NCBI GenBank assembly: GCA_963843735.1
Contig: CAWJLN010000008.1
Location: forward strand, 60,877 to 124,876
Direction of reading: 5' to 3'
Length of the DNA: 64,000 bases
Source of the DNA: an uncultured Gammaproteobacteria bacterium
GTDB lineage: Bacteria; Pseudomonadota; Gammaproteobacteria; JAKDMP01
Part shown: one piece after another, positions 59,558 to 64,000 of the stretch
Numbering within the stretch: position 1 is the first letter of the stretch
How the letters are laid out: every line of letters starts with the position of its first letter
Program-made: the position numbers and the translations under genes
Notes under the pieces: model-generated
Databases searched by the model: none
The model's input: only the letters and a program-made list of their open reading frames with translations
Told to the model about the DNA's origin: nothing

Positions 59558-60025
59558 ATGAATGCCGACAACCGCCGTTCCGATTCCGCAGCGGCGAAAT
59601 TCGCCATCGTCACGTCGCGCTTCAATGCGCTGGTGACCGAACGGCTGGCCACGGCTGCGCGCGAGACATTGATTGCGCAAGGCGTGGACGCCGGCGCGAT
59701 TCACGATTACTTCGTCGCCGGCGCCTGGGAACTGCCGCCCGCGGTCGCCGTTGCGCTCGATTCGGGGCGCTTCCGCGCCGTGATTGCCTGCGGCGCCGTC
59801 ATTCGCGGCGAGACGGCACATTTCGAACATATCTCGCGCGCCGTCACCGACGGGCTTGCGCGTCTGCAACTCGAAAGCCGCACGCCCATCGGTTTTGCCG
59901 TGCTGACCACCGACACTCTCGAGCAGGCGCTCGAGCGCACGGGTGGCAAGGACGGCAACAAGGGAGAGGAAGCCGCAATCGCCGCATTCGAGACGGCCGA
60001 TGTCCTCGATAGCATCAAACGCTAG
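59558..60025 (+). CDS. ribH: Lumazine synthase
   Basis: SRFN, AGAWELP, GAVIRGETAHFEHI, GNKGEEAA. Confidence 0.95.
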   Translation: MNADNRRSDSAAAKFAIVTSRFNALVTERLATAARETLIAQGVDAGAIHDYFVAGAWELPPAVAVALDSGRFRAVIACGAVIRGETAHFEHISRAVTDGLARLQLESRTPIGFAVLTTDTLEQALERTGGKDGNKGEEAAIAAFETADVLDSIKR

Positions 60026-60467
60026 AGCGACACGCGGACGACGCGGCGCGCGCCGGCTTGCCGTGCAGGCGCTTTACCAGTGGCTGCTTGCGGGCGGACG
60101 CGAAGCGCCGCTGATCGCGGATTTCCTTGCCGAAAACGGTGCCGCGGTTGTTGATCACGATTACTTTCGGGAATTGACTACAGTCTGCATCACCGAGCGC
60201 GAAACGCTCGATGACTTGCTGGCCTCCTGTCTCGATCGTCCGCCGGCGGAACTCGATCCGGTCGAACATGCGATTCTCCTGGTCGGGACGGCGGAGCTTC
60301 GCGACCGCAAAGAACTCGCGGTCTCTATTGTCACCAACGAGGCGGTGGAACTGGCGAAGACTTTCGGTGCCGAAGGCGGGCATCGTTACGTGAACGGCGT
60401 GCTCGATCGGCTGGCGGCGGATCTGCGTTCGCGGGAGCGGACCGGTTCCGCGGATTCCGGTGGATGA
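60000..60467 (+). CDS. nusB: Transcription antitermination factor NusB
   Basis: RRGARRLAVQALYQW, NEAVELAKTFG, YVNGVLD. Confidence 0.95.
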   Translation: MSSIASNARATRGRRGARRLAVQALYQWLLAGGREAPLIADFLAENGAAVVDHDYFRELTTVCITERETLDDLLASCLDRPPAELDPVEHAILLVGTAELRDRKELAVSIVTNEAVELAKTFGAEGGHRYVNGVLDRLAADLRSRERTGSADSGG

Positions 60468-61389
60468 GTTCGCGCTGATCCGTCGCTGGTTCACGGACCG
60501 CGGCGCCCGGCGCCGGGACGTGCGCATCGGCGTCGGCGATGACGCGGCCGTACTCAGGCCGCCGCCGGATCACGAACTGCTGCTCACGACCGACACCTTG
60601 GTTGCCGGTCGGCATTTCCCGGCCGGGAATTTCCCACCGGCGGCGCTCGGCCATCGCGCGCTCGCGGTCAGTTTGAGCGACATCGCCGCGATGGGCGGCA
60701 CGCCCGCCTGGGCGCTGCTTGCGCTCAATCTGCCGGAAGCCCGCGAGGAATGGATTGCGGCGTTTGCGGACGGCTTTTCGGCGCTTGCCGAACGCTGCAA
60801 CGTCGCGCTGGCGGGTGGCAACATCGCGCGCGGCCCACTTGCGGTGACGGTCACCGTGGCGGGATTTGTCGCCACCGGCGAAGCACTCCTGCGCAGCGGC
60901 GCGTGCGCCGGCGATGCGCTGTTTGTGACCGGCGTCCTGGGCGGCGGCGCGGCCGGCTTGCGTGCGCTAGCCGCCGGCGCCTCGGCGGATGCGCCGGAAG
61001 TCAGGGCCTATGCCCGACCGGAACCGCGCCTGCGCGCCGGGCAGGCGCTTGCGACGCTGGCGCATGCGGCCATGGATATTTCCGATGGTCTCGCCGGCGA
61101 TCTCGCGAAACTCCTCGCCGCCTCGGGAGAACTCGGTGCGGAACTCGATGCGCATACCTTGCCGCTCGCGCCGGGCGCGACACTCAACGATGCGCTGGGT
61201 CCGAGCGACGATTACGAACTGCTTCTTGCCGTTCCCGAATCCGCCGCCGGCGCAGTCGCGAACCTGTCCGCCGCGGACGTGGACTGCACGCTTACCCGCA
61301 TCGGCCGCATCGCGGCGGAACCGGGCGTTCGGCTCGACGGCCGGCCCGTCTCGGCACTGGCGCTCGACGGCTACCGACACTTCGCATGA
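60460..61389 (+). CDS. thiL: Thiamine-phosphate kinase
   Basis: EFALIRRWF, GVGDDAA, SLSDIAAMG, DISDGL, DDYELL. Confidence 0.95.
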   Translation: MDEFALIRRWFTDRGARRRDVRIGVGDDAAVLRPPPDHELLLTTDTLVAGRHFPAGNFPPAALGHRALAVSLSDIAAMGGTPAWALLALNLPEAREEWIAAFADGFSALAERCNVALAGGNIARGPLAVTVTVAGFVATGEALLRSGACAGDALFVTGVLGGGAAGLRALAAGASADAPEVRAYARPEPRLRAGQALATLAHAAMDISDGLAGDLAKLLAASGELGAELDAHTLPLAPGATLNDALGPSDDYELLLAVPESAAGAVANLSAADVDCTLTRIGRIAAEPGVRLDGRPVSALALDGYRHFA

Positions 61390-61895
61390 AGCGCCGGCTG
61401 CGACCCTCGCATACAACCCGCGCCGGTGCACTCGGGCGCGATCCCGCCATGTGGTTCGCCTTCGGCCTCGGCACCGGGCTTTCGCCCTACGGGCCGGGGA
61501 CGCTGGGCGCGCTCATTGCGCTTCCGCTCGCCTGGGGACTCAAGCTTGCGGGGCCGATTCCCTATGCCGCGGTGACGATCGCAATTACGCTCGCCGGCAT
61601 TTGGATCGCGGGCCATGCCGCCCGTCGGCTCGGCGTACACGATCATCCAGGCATCAACATTGACGAGGTGGCGGGGCAGTTGATTGCCCTTGCCGCGCTG
61701 CCGCTCGACTGGCGCTGGTTCGCGTTTGCGTTCCTGCTCTTCCGTTTGCTCGATATCGCAAAGCCCGGTCCGATCCGCTGGCTGGATCGCAGGCTCGGCG
61801 GCGGGATCGGCATCATGGGCGACGACGTGCTCGCCGGGATCGTCGCCGGTGCGATTCTGTGGGCGCTTGCCACGTTTGCTCTCCCGGGTTGGTGA
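61386..61895 (+). CDS. pgpA: Phosphatidylglycerophosphatase A
   Basis: GPGTLG, HDHPGINIDEVAG, FRLLDIAKPGPI, DDVLAG. Confidence 0.93.
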   Translation: MKRRLRPSHTTRAGALGRDPAMWFAFGLGTGLSPYGPGTLGALIALPLAWGLKLAGPIPYAAVTIAITLAGIWIAGHAARRLGVHDHPGINIDEVAGQLIALAALPLDWRWFAFAFLLFRLLDIAKPGPIRWLDRRLGGGIGIMGDDVLAGIVAGAILWALATFALPGW

Positions 61896-61960
61896 AAAGA
61901 ATGTTTCGGCTGAAAATCGAGCGGATCGCCTGGATAAGGTTGTGTATGGTGTGCCGATCT

Positions 61961-62250
61961 TCCGTTCCCGTGGATGGCGCCGCGCCGCGCAGCCCGACTC
62001 GGACAAAAGCCCGCCCGCAGGGCGGGGCGAGCCAGGGATGGCGAGCCCGCGCAGCGGGCCATGGATGGCCCGTCTGCGCGGCTCCGAGGCGGGCGGGCAG
62101 TGAGGGAACGCGACTGAAATGGAATCGTCTTCGATTCGATTTCAGTCAAGCGCGCCATCCTCGGGCGACTTCCTTTGGTTACTTTCCTTGTTCGCACAAG
62201 GAAAGTAACTCGCCGTGCGGGGGCGAGGCCCCGCGCACTCAGGTGTTTGC
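61961..62250. repeat. ~290-nt multi-hairpin repeat, copy 2 (inverted relative to copy 1)
   Basis: Reverse complement aligns to 12548-12840 with compensatory changes in stems. Confidence 0.85.
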
Positions 62251-62267
62251 CGGAAGAGTCGAAAAAA

Positions 62268-63620
62268 ATGAATGCGGCTGAAGGTGAACACGTTTCAGGC
62301 CCGCAACGGATCGGGCATTACGTCATCACCCGCGAACTCGGGCGCGGGAGTACCAGCCGCGTTTACCTCGCCCATGATTCCGAGCGCGGTGCCGACGTTG
62401 CGCTCAAGCTCTATCACGGCGACGATGTGCGTCCGGAGCGCGCGCATACCCGGCGCAAACTCTTCGCCAACGAGGCGCGCCTTGCCGGCGAACTCCACCA
62501 TCCCAATATCGTGCAGGTATTCGATTCCGGCGAGACGGACGACAAGGCCTACATAGTCACCGAATACCTGCGCGGCGCCGAAGCGTTGGGCGCGCATGCC
62601 CGGCTCGGCAGCCTGCTGCCCAAGCGCCGCGTGGTGGAGATACTCTTTGCCTGCGCCAAGGCGCTCGATTACGCGCATGGCCGTGGCGTGGTGCATCGTG
62701 ACATCAAACCGTCCAATATCCTTCTCATGCCCGACGGCACACCGAAGATCATAGATTTCGGCATTGCCGTGATGTCGCTTACCGGCACGCAGACCGTTAC
62801 CGGTCTCGTCGGTTCGCCGAGTTACATGGCGCCCGAGCAGGTGCGCGACGGTGCTGCAAGCGTGCATTCCGACATCTACTCGCTTGGCGTGGTGGGCTAC
62901 GAATTACTGAGTGGGAAGCGCCCGTTCTATGGTGAGAATCTCTCGCATCTCATGCATCAGATTATTTACGCGACGCCGCGACCGTTGGCGCGCCTGCGCG
63001 CGAGTGTGTCCCCGGAGCTGGAGGCCATTATCGCCCGCGCGATGGAGAAGGAACCGGCGCGGCGTTTCCCGAATGCGCTTGCAATGGCGGCGCAACTGGC
63101 GCGCGTGGCGGCGAAGTTCGAACACGAAGCCGGACGGCTGGAGCCGCGCGATCGCTTCGACATTGCGCGGCATCTGCCGTTTTTCCGCGACTTCGGCTAT
63201 GCCGAGGTCTGGGAGGCCGTGAGTTGTGCCGATTGGCGCGACTACGCCGAAGGCGAGGAAATAGTCGCTGTCGGCAGCCTTGAGCGCGTCTTTTATATTG
63301 TGATTACGGGCGAGGTTGCGCTGGAGTGTGACGGTCGGTGCATGCGGCAGCTGTATCGCGGCGGGACTTTCGGGGAACTCACGCTGCTTGCCGGGCGTGC
63401 GCGTGTGACCACGGCGCGCGCATTGACGCCCGCACTCGTGATGCGCGTGGATGCGGCGCAACTCGAAACGACGTCTGCGGCCTGCCGGCTTGCCTTCTAC
63501 AAGGTTTTCAATCGAGCGTTGCTGCGTCGCCTCGCCGATACCTACCGCAATCCCGAAATTCAGGAGCAGGAATACGTGGCTGGAAACGATCGTCCCGATC
63601 GCGATTCGGCGGCGGAGTAG
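62268..63620 (+). CDS. Hanks-type Ser/Thr kinase with C-terminal cNMP-binding domain
   Basis: VALK, HRDIKPSN, DFG, YMAPEQ; C-terminal YIVITGEV..FGELTLL..RVTTARA. Confidence 0.9.
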   Translation: MNAAEGEHVSGPQRIGHYVITRELGRGSTSRVYLAHDSERGADVALKLYHGDDVRPERAHTRRKLFANEARLAGELHHPNIVQVFDSGETDDKAYIVTEYLRGAEALGAHARLGSLLPKRRVVEILFACAKALDYAHGRGVVHRDIKPSNILLMPDGTPKIIDFGIAVMSLTGTQTVTGLVGSPSYMAPEQVRDGAASVHSDIYSLGVVGYELLSGKRPFYGENLSHLMHQIIYATPRPLARLRASVSPELEAIIARAMEKEPARRFPNALAMAAQLARVAAKFEHEAGRLEPRDRFDIARHLPFFRDFGYAEVWEAVSCADWRDYAEGEEIVAVGSLERVFYIVITGEVALECDGRCMRQLYRGGTFGELTLLAGRARVTTARALTPALVMRVDAAQLETTSAACRLAFYKVFNRALLRRLADTYRNPEIQEQEYVAGNDRPDRDSAAE

Positions 63621-63636
63621 CGCAAGGGGGGGGATT

Positions 63637-63662
63637 ATCTCGGCGGGGACCGCCGCTCCTGC
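63637..63662 (-). repeat. Solitary degenerate GTAG-family REP
   Basis: atctcggcggggaccgccgctcctgc between convergent genes. Confidence 0.8.
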
Positions 63663-63664
63663 GC

Positions 63665-64000
63665 TCAGGCGCAGACGCCGCTGATGGTCGCCCAGGCCGA
63701 ATGGTTGTGTATGGATTCGAAGTTTTCCGCTTCGACATGGAAGCGTCCGTAACGGCCGTCGCGTTTGAGCGCAATGGCGACATCGCGCACGGCGTCCTCG
63801 ACGAACTTGGGATTTTCGTAGGCGAGTTCGGTGAGATATTTTTCGTCTTCGCGCTTGAGTATGCCGTAGAGCGGTGCCGAAGCCTCGGCCTCGACGAGCG
63901 CAATGAGTTCGGCAATGGAAAAATCCGTGCCGTCTTCGCTGCGCACGCGAACGTGCGCGCGCTGGTTGTGTGCGCCGTAGAGTGAAATTTGTTTGGAGCA
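63665..64000 (-). CDS. folE2: GTP cyclohydrolase I type 2 FolE2, 3' part
   Basis: [32 protein letters not shown]; truncated by window end. Confidence 0.92.
   Translation of the reverse strand, partial: CSKQISLYGAHNQRAHVRVRSEDGTDFSIAELIALVEAEASAPLYGILKREDEKYLTELAYENPKFVEDAVRDVAIALKRDGRYGRFHVEAENFESIHNHSAWATISGVCA

Noticed and set aside
63626-63633. G8 homopolymer as a phase-variation tract
   Set aside because: Lies between convergent gene ends next to a REP, not in a promoter or CDS
1-64000. tRNA, rRNA, integrase or prophage genes
   Set aside because: None recognised by eye; tRNAscan-SE and cmscan would be needed to exclude small RNAs

Overview
High-GC gammaproteobacterial chromosome segment. 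It runs through the end of the dcw cluster (ftsW-murG-murC-ddl-ftsQAZ-lpxC), dciA, an M23 peptidase, secA, mutT and zapD-coaE-pilD-pilC-pilB. About 17 kb of glycosylation genes separate pilB from a sigma54-driven pilA: a toxin-antitoxin pair, a lower-GC flippase/amino-sugar/WecF-like cassette, and a pilA-linked run of three translationally coupled TMTC-like membrane glycosyltransferases plus GT2 and GT4. Next come a RAYT with its REPs, phoH, bcp, gcvR, ettA, glyA and a riboflavin operon split by two insertions. One insertion is a MITE plus vapBC. The other is ~12 kb and includes an H+-ATPase/ackA/phosphoketolase/MBL operon with an FNR-type box at -41.5. The window ends with a Ser/Thr kinase-cNMP protein and partial folE2. 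The most unusual signals are: (1) three palindromic repeat families inserted in frame into two TMTC-like paralogues, two of them into the same loop; (2) a ~290-nt repeat in two inverted copies whose differences include several compensatory base-pair changes; (3) a 129-bp MITE duplicating a TTAG shared by two stop codons; (4) the TMTC-like pilin glycosylation locus itself. Frameshifts in essential genes (ftsZ, lpxC) indicate patchy consensus errors, so disrupted genes are not treated as proven pseudogenes. All calls come from reading motifs by eye; no searches were run.
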